Shown here piece by piece: positions 54,403-63,113 of a DNA stretch of 64,000 nucleotides (position 1 is the first letter of the stretch; each line of letters starts with the position of its first letter). Source of the DNA: an uncultured Planctomycetales bacterium. Its GTDB lineage: Bacteria > Planctomycetota > SBBH01. Position numbers and translations under genes: made by a program. The notes under the pieces were generated by a model. It was not told the DNA's origin and did no database searches. It saw only the letters and a list, made by a program, of their open reading frames with translations. Location: positions 77,207 through 141,206 of the forward strand of contig CAYVXZ010000004.1 of assembly GCA_964455625.1 (NCBI GenBank), read 5' to 3'.

Positions 54403-55899
54403 GTGCAGGACACCGTCATCTACAGCCTGCTCGTCTGCGGCGCCCTGGCCCTCCTGGGATTCCTGGGGGACCGTCTCTTCCAGCGGACCGGGGTCCCGGA
54501 TGTCCTTCTCCTGCTTCTGGTCGGGATCCTGATCGGCCCCGTCTCCGGGCTCGTCGACCCCTCGCAGCTCTCGAAGGTGACCCCCTTCTTCGGGACGTTG
54601 GCGCTCCTTTTCATCCTGTTCGACGGCGGGCTGGAGATGGACTTCGACGAGATCCTGCGTCAGTTCCTGCCGGTGATCGTCCTCACGCTTCTCTCGATCC
54701 TCACGGTGATGATCGGGCTCTCCGCGGTCCTCATCTACGGATTCGGATGGCACTGGCTCCCGGCCCTGATCCTCTCGACCTTCCTCTCCAACGTCAGCGG
54801 GCCGATCGTGCTCTCGGTCGTGAACCGCCTCTCGATCCCCGAGGAAGACAAGGGGATCATCAAGCTCGAGGCCGCGGTCAGCGACGTCATCGTGATCATC
54901 GTCTTCGTGACCTTCGTCTCGATGCTCCAGGTGATCGGCGCCGACGGGGGACGGGCCGAGGTGGACGTGCGGGCCGCCCTCGGAAAACTCGCGGGCTCCT
55001 TCAGCGTAGCGATCGTGATCGGGACCCTGGTCGGCGCCGGGTGGATGGCGGTCCTGAACCGGATCCACGCGCTGCGCCACAACTACATGGCGACCCTGGG
55101 CATGCTTCTCATGCTCTACAGCGTCTCGGAGTACCTGGGGGCCTCCGGGATGATGGCGGTCCTCTTCTTCGGGATCGTGCTCGCGAATTCCCGGAAGTTC
55201 GGCCAGTTCTTCAATATGACCGGCGTCCGTTTCGACCAGGAAAAGCTGAAGCATTTCCACACCACCTTCTCCTTCTTCATCCGGACCTTCTTCCTGATCT
55301 ACATCGGATTCTTCATTTCGGCCGACATGTTCCGGCCGGACTTCCTGCTCGTCGGCTGGGTGACGGTCGGGATCCTGCTCGTCAGCCGTATCGTGAGCGC
55401 CGCGCTCTTCACGGCCGCCTTCCGGAAACCCCGGATTACGGGGTGGGCGGCCGCGGCGATGCTCCCGCGGGGTCTGGCGGTGGCGGCTCTCGCCGCGGTC
55501 CCGGGTCAGGAGGTCGACCGGATGGTCCTGGAACGTGAGACCGCCCTCCACGCCGAGACGCAAAACCTCGCGGTCCGGCAGAAGGAAATGGCGGCTCTCG
55601 AGCCGGAGCGGGAACGCCTCCAGAAGGCGGACGACGCGGCGGGGCTTTCAGGACTGCGAGAGAGAGAGCTGAATCTCGCGGCCGAGGCCCACGCCAGCAA
55701 GACCGCCGCCGGACGGCACGAGACGGTCCTCTCGGCCCTACGGCAGATGCAGCAGTGGACGGGACTCTTCGTCCTGTTCGCCTCCCTCTGCATCCTCGTC
55801 ACCAACGTCCTCATGACGTTCGGCTGTTTCATCGTCCAGCGCATGGCGCGCCGCGCGGCTCCTGTCCCGCCAGCGGTCGCGCCACCGGCAGTCTCCTGA
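54403..55899 (+). CDS. CPA1 cation:proton antiporter (NhaP/CvrA-like)
   Basis: PDVLLLLLVGILIGP, ILFDGGL, EAAVSDV, PRGLAVAAL; about 12 TMs. GTG start. Confidence 0.88.
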   Translation: MQDTVIYSLLVCGALALLGFLGDRLFQRTGVPDVLLLLLVGILIGPVSGLVDPSQLSKVTPFFGTLALLFILFDGGLEMDFDEILRQFLPVIVLTLLSILTVMIGLSAVLIYGFGWHWLPALILSTFLSNVSGPIVLSVVNRLSIPEEDKGIIKLEAAVSDVIVIIVFVTFVSMLQVIGADGGRAEVDVRAALGKLAGSFSVAIVIGTLVGAGWMAVLNRIHALRHNYMATLGMLLMLYSVSEYLGASGMMAVLFFGIVLANSRKFGQFFNMTGVRFDQEKLKHFHTTFSFFIRTFFLIYIGFFISADMFRPDFLLVGWVTVGILLVSRIVSAALFTAAFRKPRITGWAAAAMLPRGLAVAALAAVPGQEVDRMVLERETALHAETQNLAVRQKEMAALEPERERLQKADDAAGLSGLRERELNLAAEAHASKTAAGRHETVLSALRQMQQWTGLFVLFASLCILVTNVLMTFGCFIVQRMARRAAPVPPAVAPPAVS

Positions 55900-55903
55900 T
55901 TCT

Positions 55904-57046
55904 TCATCCACGGGAAGCGCGCCGGTAGAGCGCGTCGAGTTCCGCGGCGATCCGGGCGGGGCGGTACGCCTCGGCGCGACGCCTCCCCGCGACAGCGAAG
56001 CGCGCGCGCAGCTCCGCGTCGCTGGCAAGGCGCGACATCACCGCGGCGAGGGCGCCAGCATCCCCGTAGGGCACCAAAAACCCCTCGACGCCGTCCGTGA
56101 CGAAGCGTGGGACGCCGCCGACGCGGGTCGCGACCACAGGAAGCCCCGCCGCCATCGCCTCCAGGAGCACGATCCCCTGCGCCTCGTAGGCGGACGGCAG
56201 GACGAGGAAATCCGCCCGGGCGAGGGCCGGCGCGACGTCCTCCCGCAGGCCCAGGAAGCGGACCGCGTCCGAGATCCCTTTCTCCCGGGTGAACGCCTCG
56301 AGCCCCGCCCGGTCGGGGCCGTCCCCGACGATATCCAGAGCCACGGGAATGCCGTGCGCACGGGCCCGGCACAGCGCCTCCAGGAGGAAGCGCTGACCTT
56401 TCTCGGCGGCGAGGCGTCCCACGACGACCGCGCGCCGCCCGTCCTTTTCCGGAGCGGGCGGGACGGCGAAAAACCGCTCCTCCACCGGGTTCGGGATCAC
56501 GGCGAACCGGCCGGCGCCGATCCCGAGCGCCTCCTGCTCGGACGCTTCCTCGGGGGTCAGGGCCACGAGCGCGTCGGCCCACCGGGCGGCCTTGCGCTCC
56601 ATCGCCAGGAACAGGCGTCTCTTCGCGGCCGATTCGCTCACGCCCGGGATGTTCGCTCCGCGCGCGAAGACGTGCCCCTGCGCCGAATGGACGACGGCGG
56701 GAACCCCGGCGAGGCGCCCCGCCAGCCGGCCCAGCCATCCGGCCTTCGAGGTGTAGGTATGGATCACGTCGTGGCGGCCGCGCGCGGCCTCGGAACAGAC
56801 GGCCGCGAGGGCCCGAACGTCCCGGAGCGGGTCGGGATCGCGCACCAGCGCGGGGATCATGACGCCCCGCACCCCGAGAGGCGCGAGGGCCGCGAGCTCC
56901 GTCTCGTAGCTCCCCTCCCCGCGGTCCGGCGGGCCGTAAAGACAGGTCACGTCGTGCCCCCGCCGGGCAAGCTCGCGCGCCATGGCGATCATCGTCCCCT
57001 GCGCGCCGCCGCGCACGAGGCGTGTGACGACCTTCAGGATCCTCAT
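55904..57046 (-). CDS. GT4 family glycosyltransferase
   Basis: RLVRGGAQ, HTYTSKAG, VGRLAAEKG, EAQGIVLLEAMAAG. Confidence 0.92.
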   Translation of the reverse strand: MRILKVVTRLVRGGAQGTMIAMARELARRGHDVTCLYGPPDRGEGSYETELAALAPLGVRGVMIPALVRDPDPLRDVRALAAVCSEAARGRHDVIHTYTSKAGWLGRLAGRLAGVPAVVHSAQGHVFARGANIPGVSESAAKRRLFLAMERKAARWADALVALTPEEASEQEALGIGAGRFAVIPNPVEERFFAVPPAPEKDGRRAVVVGRLAAEKGQRFLLEALCRARAHGIPVALDIVGDGPDRAGLEAFTREKGISDAVRFLGLREDVAPALARADFLVLPSAYEAQGIVLLEAMAAGLPVVATRVGGVPRFVTDGVEGFLVPYGDAGALAAVMSRLASDAELRARFAVAGRRRAEAYRPARIAAELDALYRRASRG

Positions 57047-58227
57047 CGGGCCTTGATCTGCCTGAACAACGTCTCGATTCCGGCGCGCATCACGTCCCAC
57101 GAAAAGCGCTCCTCGACATGGCGGCGGCAGGCGGCGCGCCGCCCGGCCAGTTCCCCGCGCCGCACGTACCACCCCAGGAGCGCGTGCGCGAGGGACGCCT
57201 CGTCCGCTCCCGCGGCGACATATTCCCGTCCGAACGGCCCGAGCACCTCCGGGATGGCGCCCACCGGCGTGGCGAGGACCGGCGTCCCGGTGGCCATCGA
57301 CTCGAGGATCGCCAGGCCGAACCCCTCGAGCGTCCGGCTGGGGAGGACGCAGAGATCCGCCGCCCCGTAGAGGGATGCCAGGCGTCCGTCCGGCACGAAC
57401 CCGGTGAAGGCGACGCGGTCCGCCACGCCGAGCTCGCCCGCGAGGCTCCGGTACTCCCGCTCCAGGGGGCCCGTCCCGCCGACCACCAGCTTCAGCTCCG
57501 GCGCCACGGGCGCGATCCGGGCAACCGCGCGGATCAGCGTGTCGACCCCCGTGCGGGGGACGAGCCGGCGGACCGTCAGGATCCAGAACGCCGACGGGGA
57601 AAACGGCACGAGCCCCGACCAGGCCGGCCGCTCTTCCGCGACGGACGCGCGGAAGGGGAAACGCCCGAGGTCCACGCCTCCCGGGATGACGCTCGCCTTT
57701 TCCCCGGCGGCGGGGTAGCGCCCCTCCAGCTCCCCGCGCATGTAGCCGGAAAGCGTCACGATCCGGTCGGAGCGCGTCAGCGCCTCGCTCTCGATCCAGG
57801 TGCGCGCCGCCCGCCCCCAGGGGGTCGCGCGCGTGCCGTGCATAACGCGGTACTCCTCGGGCCACGGGGAATGGAAAATCGAGACGACCGGGATCGCCTT
57901 CGGGAGGCGCCCCGCCACGCACCAGAGCGGCATGGGGTGGTGACACAGGATCGCGTCGAACCGCTGCCCCGCGATGATCTCCCGGACCGTCTCGCGGTAC
58001 CCCTTCACCAGTTCCCAGAGCCCCCGGATGCCGCGTCCCCCGGGATCGAATGTCCAGAACGGGATCCCGTCGATGAACTCGTAGTCGCCGATGTCGCGCC
58101 GGCGCCGGCACATGACGAGGACGTCGTGCCCCGCCCGGCGCAAGGCCCTGGCGGACTCGAGAAGCACCGTCCCCGCCCCCCCCATGGGGGATTTCGAGTA
58201 GACGTCGATGAGGACGAGGATCTTCAC
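57043..58227 (-). CDS. GT4 family glycosyltransferase
   Basis: PMGGAG, IFHSPW, VRRLVPRTG, EGFGLAILESMATG. GTG start. Confidence 0.92.
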   Translation of the reverse strand: MKILVLIDVYSKSPMGGAGTVLLESARALRRAGHDVLVMCRRRRDIGDYEFIDGIPFWTFDPGGRGIRGLWELVKGYRETVREIIAGQRFDAILCHHPMPLWCVAGRLPKAIPVVSIFHSPWPEEYRVMHGTRATPWGRAARTWIESEALTRSDRIVTLSGYMRGELEGRYPAAGEKASVIPGGVDLGRFPFRASVAEERPAWSGLVPFSPSAFWILTVRRLVPRTGVDTLIRAVARIAPVAPELKLVVGGTGPLEREYRSLAGELGVADRVAFTGFVPDGRLASLYGAADLCVLPSRTLEGFGLAILESMATGTPVLATPVGAIPEVLGPFGREYVAAGADEASLAHALLGWYVRRGELAGRRAACRRHVEERFSWDVMRAGIETLFRQIKAR

Positions 58228-59447
58228 GGACGCCTCCTGCCCCGTCGCCGCGACGCGGCGCGGCCGACGAGCGCGCGCAGGACCCGGCGCGCGGGAGCGG
58301 GATCGCGCCCGTCCCGGACGGCGTCCGGCGTGCGGGCGTCGTCGGCGATCCAGCGGGCCGCGTCGCGTATGGCCCCCGCGGCGTCCCCGGCGCGCCAGGC
58401 GTCCCACAGGCGCGCGAGCTCCAGGACCCCCACGCGCATCCGGACCCCGGCACGGTAACGCGCGGGGGCGCGGACTTCCTCCCCCAGGGCGAGCTTGTAG
58501 AGGAAAAGCGGAAAGTCGACCCCGCACCGGATCGCCAGGGGGAGCGTCCCCCAGAAGCGGGGATTCACCTCCATCAGGCGCGTGCGCCCCGCGGCGGCAT
58601 CCCGCCGGAACTCGACCAGGGCCACCCCCTCCCAGTGGATCCCCTCGAGAAGCCGTGCGCCGGCCGCGAGAAGCGCCTTGTCATGGACGCTCTCCGCGAG
58701 GGACGCGGGCCCTCCCGAGCGGGGATACTCGCGGATGCGGCGATGGCAGAAGGCGGCGACCTGCCTTCCCTTCCAGTAGAGGAACGCCGCTCCCCATCCT
58801 GTTCCGGGGACATACTCCTGGACGATCGGGGCCGCGCGGCGGGCGTGGAGCTCCCGGTAATGCGTGCGGAATCCGACCGGGTCGCGCACGATCGCGTAGC
58901 GCATCTCCGGAGGCAGGAACAACCCCTCGTCGTCGACCAGCTTGATGACGCAGGGATACGACACCGACCGGGCGAGATCCAGCCCCTCCTCGAGATTCCT
59001 CGGGCAGACCGTGCGGGGGACGTCGAGCCCCAGCTCGGCCGCACGGGCAAGAAGCGACGGCTTGGCGTTGACCCGCCGGAACTCCTCGAGGGGCGCGAAC
59101 GGGATCCGGCGCTCCGCACGGAGCCGCTCGCTCCCCAGGACCGCCATGAGGGAATTGGTGGAGACCGGCAGGATCACCTCGCCCGGCCGCGTCGCGGCGA
59201 GAAGCTCCCGGGAAAAGCGCTCCGGGGCCATGGGGCTCGGGAGGCGCACGCGCGCGGCGACGTAGCGGCTCTCCCAGGCGGGCCCCCCCCGCGGGATCCC
59301 CGCGGCCGACAGGTCCGGATCCGCCAGGCGCACCGGGATCCCGGCGCGCCCCAGGGACCGCACGACGGCAAGCGATACGCGGTTGGCCGGATCCGTGACG
59401 CAGGCCCAGGGTCTTTCCGGCGGGGGGACGCGGGGCGGCTTCGTCAT
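58224..59447 (-). CDS. ATP-grasp domain (carboxylate-amine ligase-like) protein
   Basis: AVVRSLGRAG, SRYV, YPCVIK, IVQEYVPG, VEFR, MEVNPRFWG. Confidence 0.88.
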   Translation of the reverse strand: MTKPPRVPPPERPWACVTDPANRVSLAVVRSLGRAGIPVRLADPDLSAAGIPRGGPAWESRYVAARVRLPSPMAPERFSRELLAATRPGEVILPVSTNSLMAVLGSERLRAERRIPFAPLEEFRRVNAKPSLLARAAELGLDVPRTVCPRNLEEGLDLARSVSYPCVIKLVDDEGLFLPPEMRYAIVRDPVGFRTHYRELHARRAAPIVQEYVPGTGWGAAFLYWKGRQVAAFCHRRIREYPRSGGPASLAESVHDKALLAAGARLLEGIHWEGVALVEFRRDAAAGRTRLMEVNPRFWGTLPLAIRCGVDFPLFLYKLALGEEVRAPARYRAGVRMRVGVLELARLWDAWRAGDAAGAIRDAARWIADDARTPDAVRDGRDPAPARRVLRALVGRAASRRRGRRRP

Positions 59448-59448
59448 G

Positions 59449-60279
59449 TCACGCCGTCCGGGCGGCTCCGAGGCGCGCCGCCGCGCGCGCGCAGGCGCGG
59501 TAGGCGCTTGCGGCCTCCGGTCCGATCCCCGCCGCGCGCACGGCCGCGAGCTGACGCCGGACGACGGCGGTCTCCCCGCGCGCGGCCGGTCCCGTGATCG
59601 CCCCCGGCAGGCCCTGCCGCGCGACGTTCGCGGCCGCCTGGAGCATGATCGCGGCGACCCCCCGGACCGCCTGGCGCCGCGGGACGCCGGCGCGCGCCAG
59701 GAGCCGCGCGGCCCAAGCCGCCTGCACCACGACGTGATTCGCCGCGAACACCGCCGCGGCGTGATAGGTCATCCGCCGGCCGGCGGGGACGCGGCAGGGG
59801 ATCCCGCCAAGCGCCCGCACGAGGCGGAAGACCTCCCGCCCGAACGCCGGATCGGCGTCGATCCCCCAGAGGATCCCGTCCTGGCGGGGCGCGTCCTTCC
59901 CCGAAAAGGTCTGGAACGGGTGCGCGGCGGCGACGCGCGCCCCGGCGCGCGCGGCATCGGCGAGCACCTCCCGTCCGAGGGAGCCGTTCACGTGAACGAC
60001 GCGGGAACCGGGACCCACAGCCCCCGCCCGGGCGAGTTTCAGGCACATCGGGCGGATACCGGACGCGGGAAGCGCCAGGACCACCCAGCCGGCCCCCCGC
60101 GCCGCGCGGACCGGATCCGCCGTCGGCCGGCCGCATCCGGCCCGCCGCGCGGCGGCGCGCGCGGACGGAAGGGTCCGGGCCGCGAGGAACCGGACCCGGA
60201 AACCTCGTCCGGAAAGGCGCCGCGCGAGGGCGGTCCCCACCGCGCCGGCGCCGATGATCGAGAAAGTGCGGCGGGCCAT
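59449..60279 (-). CDS. Rossmann-like + DUF2520 domain protein (PanG-like candidate)
   Basis: IIGAGAVG, VHVNGS, AHPFQTF, YHAAAVFAAN, ITGPAARG. Confidence 0.88.
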   Translation of the reverse strand: MARRTFSIIGAGAVGTALARRLSGRGFRVRFLAARTLPSARAAARRAGCGRPTADPVRAARGAGWVVLALPASGIRPMCLKLARAGAVGPGSRVVHVNGSLGREVLADAARAGARVAAAHPFQTFSGKDAPRQDGILWGIDADPAFGREVFRLVRALGGIPCRVPAGRRMTYHAAAVFAANHVVVQAAWAARLLARAGVPRRQAVRGVAAIMLQAAANVARQGLPGAITGPAARGETAVVRRQLAAVRAAGIGPEAASAYRACARAAARLGAARTA

Positions 60280-60559
60280 CAGGATGTCGAGGATACCCGC
60301 CCTCCGCCGCGGGCGACAGGACCGGGCGAGCAGGGTCCAGACATGGAAAGGGGCGGCCGTCGGGAGCCTCTCGGCGGTCGGGGGTTCGAGAGAACGCTCA
60401 CCGCGTGACACATCCGCCCCCGGCGCGGTTCGCTCCGCTCCGGTCGCGCCTTCGGTGAAGCCGGCGGCAGTCTGTTACATTGGCCAAGACCGCACCTCGG
60501 CCGACCGGAGAGGTCCCTCTCACCCGCCCGCCTGCGGCTCCTGTCGCCGGCCGCCCCGC

Positions 60560-60695
60560 GAAGCGAGCGGCCCGGAGGCGGGAGCGTTTGCGGAGGCCTG
60601 ATGGAGCCGGGCCGGTCAGGATGTGAAAGGCCCGGCTCTATCGGAGTGACGAGGCGGCACGGATGCCGCCGAGGAAGCGTCCTCCGCCAAATGCG
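60560..60695 (+). repeat. Dispersed structured repeat family 1, copy B
   Basis: GAAGCGAGCGGCCCGGAGGCGGG...GATGGAGCCGGGCCGGTCAGGATGTG...GCGGCACGGATGCCGC matches copy A. Confidence 0.88.
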
Positions 60696-60756
60696 ACCGC
60701 CGGAAGGGCAAGTGAGCGAGTTTTTCGAGAGTCCCGTACTTCTCAAACACCCTCTT

Positions 60757-61239
60757 TCAGGAAAAGATCTCCCGGTCCGGCATGCCGTCGTCTCCCCGCG
60801 GGGAGGCCCCCTCCGGTTCGATCCGGTTGCCGTCCGGCCCCGCGGATTCTCCCCCGTTCGTCTCGGGGTCCCCGGGAGCCGCCTCGGCGTACGCCTGGAC
60901 GATCGCGTCCTGGATCTTCTGCCGGCATTCGGGATTGATCGGGTGCGCGATATCGACATGGAGCTTCGCCCGGCCGGCGGCGTCCCGGGCGACCCGGTCC
61001 TCCGGAAGCTTCCCCCCGCACTCGTTGCAGAACTTCGCCCGCAGGTGGTTCTTCCCGCCGCATTTGGCGCACCGGTCGGTGATCTTGCGGCTGGGCATCG
61101 CGATGAAGAGGCCGTTCGTCCCGTCGATCACCTTGATGTCGGAGACCACGAACGCCCCGTCGAGGGTGACGGTGGCGAACGCGCGGAGCTTCTCCCCCTT
61201 GATGCTCACCTTCTTGATCCGGACGTCGGTGATCTCCAC
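60757..61239 (-). CDS. spoVG: SpoVG family nucleic-acid-binding protein with zinc-ribbon insertion
   Basis: [38 protein letters not shown], inserted CAKC...CNEC, DIAHPIN; AGGAGG RBS. Confidence 0.95.
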   Translation of the reverse strand: MEITDVRIKKVSIKGEKLRAFATVTLDGAFVVSDIKVIDGTNGLFIAMPSRKITDRCAKCGGKNHLRAKFCNECGGKLPEDRVARDAAGRAKLHVDIAHPINPECRQKIQDAIVQAYAEAAPGDPETNGGESAGPDGNRIEPEGASPRGDDGMPDREIFS

Positions 61240-61251
61240 GCGCCCTCCTTC

Positions 61252-62181
61252 CTACGCCGAACCGGCTCGCCCGTATTCCAGGCGTCCGACCGACCGGACC
61301 ACCCGGGCCTTGCCCAGCCCCGAGCGGCGGCACGCGGCGGCGAGGCGCCGCGCGGAGCGCTTGTCGGGAACGATCGCGAAGAAGGCGGAGCCGCTCCCGG
61401 TCATCCAGGCGCCCAGGGGCGCGAGCGCCGCGAAGCGGTCCTTGAAGCGGGCGATGCGGGGCGCCACGGCCGTGGCCCCGGGCTCGAGGTCGTTACGCAG
61501 GCGGCGAACGAGCGTCATGATGTCCCCCCGGCGCAAAGCCCCCCGAATCAAGGTAGACCGCATCCGGAGGGTCCGCAAGCGGATTCCCCCCCGGGGCGCG
61601 AAAGGGGCCTCCAGCGCGGCGTAGACGGCCGGGGTGGGAAGCGACAGGGCGGGCTTGGCGAGGACCATCCAGAGAGTCTTGCCCGGGGAAAACGGCCGGA
61701 CGATCTCGCCGCGCCCCAGGCACAGCGCCGTCGGCCCCGCGAGGAAAAAAGGGACGTCCGACCCGAGCCGGGCCGCCATCCGGGAAAGGGCCCCCTTTCC
61801 CAGGCGCGTCGCGAACAGGCGGTCCATCCCCGCCAGGACCGCCGCGGCGTCGCTCGATCCCCCCCCGAGGCCCGCCCCCGACGGGATCCTCTTCGTCAGC
61901 GCGATCCGCACGCCCCGGGAGATCCCCGTCTCGTCGAGAAACATCCGCGCGGCGCGCCAACAGAGGTTCTTCGGACCGGTCGGGACGGCGCGGCCGGCCC
62001 CGCGCACCGAGAGGGAGATCCCCCGCACGGCGGGGAAGAGGCGCACCGTGTCCGCGAGGGTCACGCATTGCATGACGCTCGCCAGGGCGTGAAAGCCGTC
62101 CGGCCTCCTTCCGAGGACCGTGAGCCCCAGATTGACCTTCGCGAAGGCGGCGACGGAAATGCCCCGCCGCGCGCGGCTCAC
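61252..62181 (-). CDS. ispE: 4-diphosphocytidyl-2-C-methyl-D-erythritol kinase
   Basis: AKVNLGL, KRIPSGAGLGGGSSDAA, GSDVPFF, MTGSGS. Confidence 0.96.
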   Translation of the reverse strand: MSRARRGISVAAFAKVNLGLTVLGRRPDGFHALASVMQCVTLADTVRLFPAVRGISLSVRGAGRAVPTGPKNLCWRAARMFLDETGISRGVRIALTKRIPSGAGLGGGSSDAAAVLAGMDRLFATRLGKGALSRMAARLGSDVPFFLAGPTALCLGRGEIVRPFSPGKTLWMVLAKPALSLPTPAVYAALEAPFAPRGGIRLRTLRMRSTLIRGALRRGDIMTLVRRLRNDLEPGATAVAPRIARFKDRFAALAPLGAWMTGSGSAFFAIVPDKRSARRLAAACRRSGLGKARVVRSVGRLEYGRAGSA

Positions 62182-63113
62182 GCGGCCTCCCGCTCCCACT
62201 CGGCCGCCGCGCGGGAGACGATCCGCTCCGGATCCTCCCCCTCCGCGGCGTCGACCCACCGGATCCCGGAAAAGCGCTTGAGCCAGGTCATCTGGTGCTT
62301 GGCGAAATGGCGCGTGCGCTTCTTCACCTCCACCAGGGCCTCCTCGAGGGTCGTCCTCCCCTCCAGGTGGTCGAGGACCTCCTTGTACCCCACCGCCTGC
62401 TTGGGCCCGCGCGCGAACCCCCGGGGGTCCGCCGCGAGCCGCGCCACCTCGGCGACGAGCCCCTCCCCGAACATCCGCTCGGCCCGGCGGTTGATCCGGT
62501 GATGCAGGTCCTCCCGCGCACGCCGCAGGCCCACCAGGACCGCCCCCGCCAGGCGCGTTTCCCCCGTCCACTGCGTCTGCAGGTCCGAGATGGGCCGCCC
62601 GGTCAGGCGCTTCACCTCCAGGGCCCGGACGATCCGCCGCTCGTCGTTCGGGTGGATGCGCGCCGCCGCCGCCGGATCGGCTCCCTCCAGCTCCCGATGG
62701 AGCGCCTGCAGCCCCTCCGCGCGGACCCGCGCGGCGAGCTCTTCCCGGACATTCCAGTCAGCCGGGGGCCCCGAAAAGATCCCCGAGAGCATCCCCTTCA
62801 GGTAGAGCGGCGTCCCGCCCGAGACGATCGGCAGTCTTTCCCGCGCGCGGACCTCGCCGATCACGCGCGTCGCCTCCTCCACGTAGCGCGCCACCGAAAA
62901 GGTCTCCCAGGGATCGGCGACGTCGATCATGTGGTGCGGAACCTTCTCGCGCCGTTCCGCCGGAGCCTTTGCCGTGCCGATGTCCATACCGCGGTACAGC
63001 TTCATCGAGTCGAGCGAGACGATCTCCCCACCAAGGCGCGTCGCCAGGCGGAAGGAGAGGTCCTCCTTCCCGCTCGCCGTCGGCCCCGCGACAAACAGGA
63101 TTCTCGCGGTCAT
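62178..63113 (-). CDS. miaA: tRNA dimethylallyltransferase
   Basis: GPTASGK, DSMKLYRGMDIGTAK, GGTPLY, HPND.RRIVRALEV, AVGYKE, FAKHQMTW. Confidence 0.97.
   Translation of the reverse strand: MTARILFVAGPTASGKEDLSFRLATRLGGEIVSLDSMKLYRGMDIGTAKAPAERREKVPHHMIDVADPWETFSVARYVEEATRVIGEVRARERLPIVSGGTPLYLKGMLSGIFSGPPADWNVREELAARVRAEGLQALHRELEGADPAAAARIHPNDERRIVRALEVKRLTGRPISDLQTQWTGETRLAGAVLVGLRRAREDLHHRINRRAERMFGEGLVAEVARLAADPRGFARGPKQAVGYKEVLDHLEGRTTLEEALVEVKKRTRHFAKHQMTWLKRFSGIRWVDAAEGEDPERIVSRAAAEWEREAA

Noticed and set aside
60425-60530. Glycine-riboswitch-like CACCGAAGGCGC on the minus strand
   Set aside because: Isolated motif. The CTCTCAGG/CTTTCAGG partner is missing and the downstream gene is unrelated to glycine.
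60279-60959. Minus-strand ORF whose TGA abuts the DUF2520 ATG
   Set aside because: It overlaps spoVG out of frame and runs through repeat copy B with low-complexity sequence; likely coincidental.
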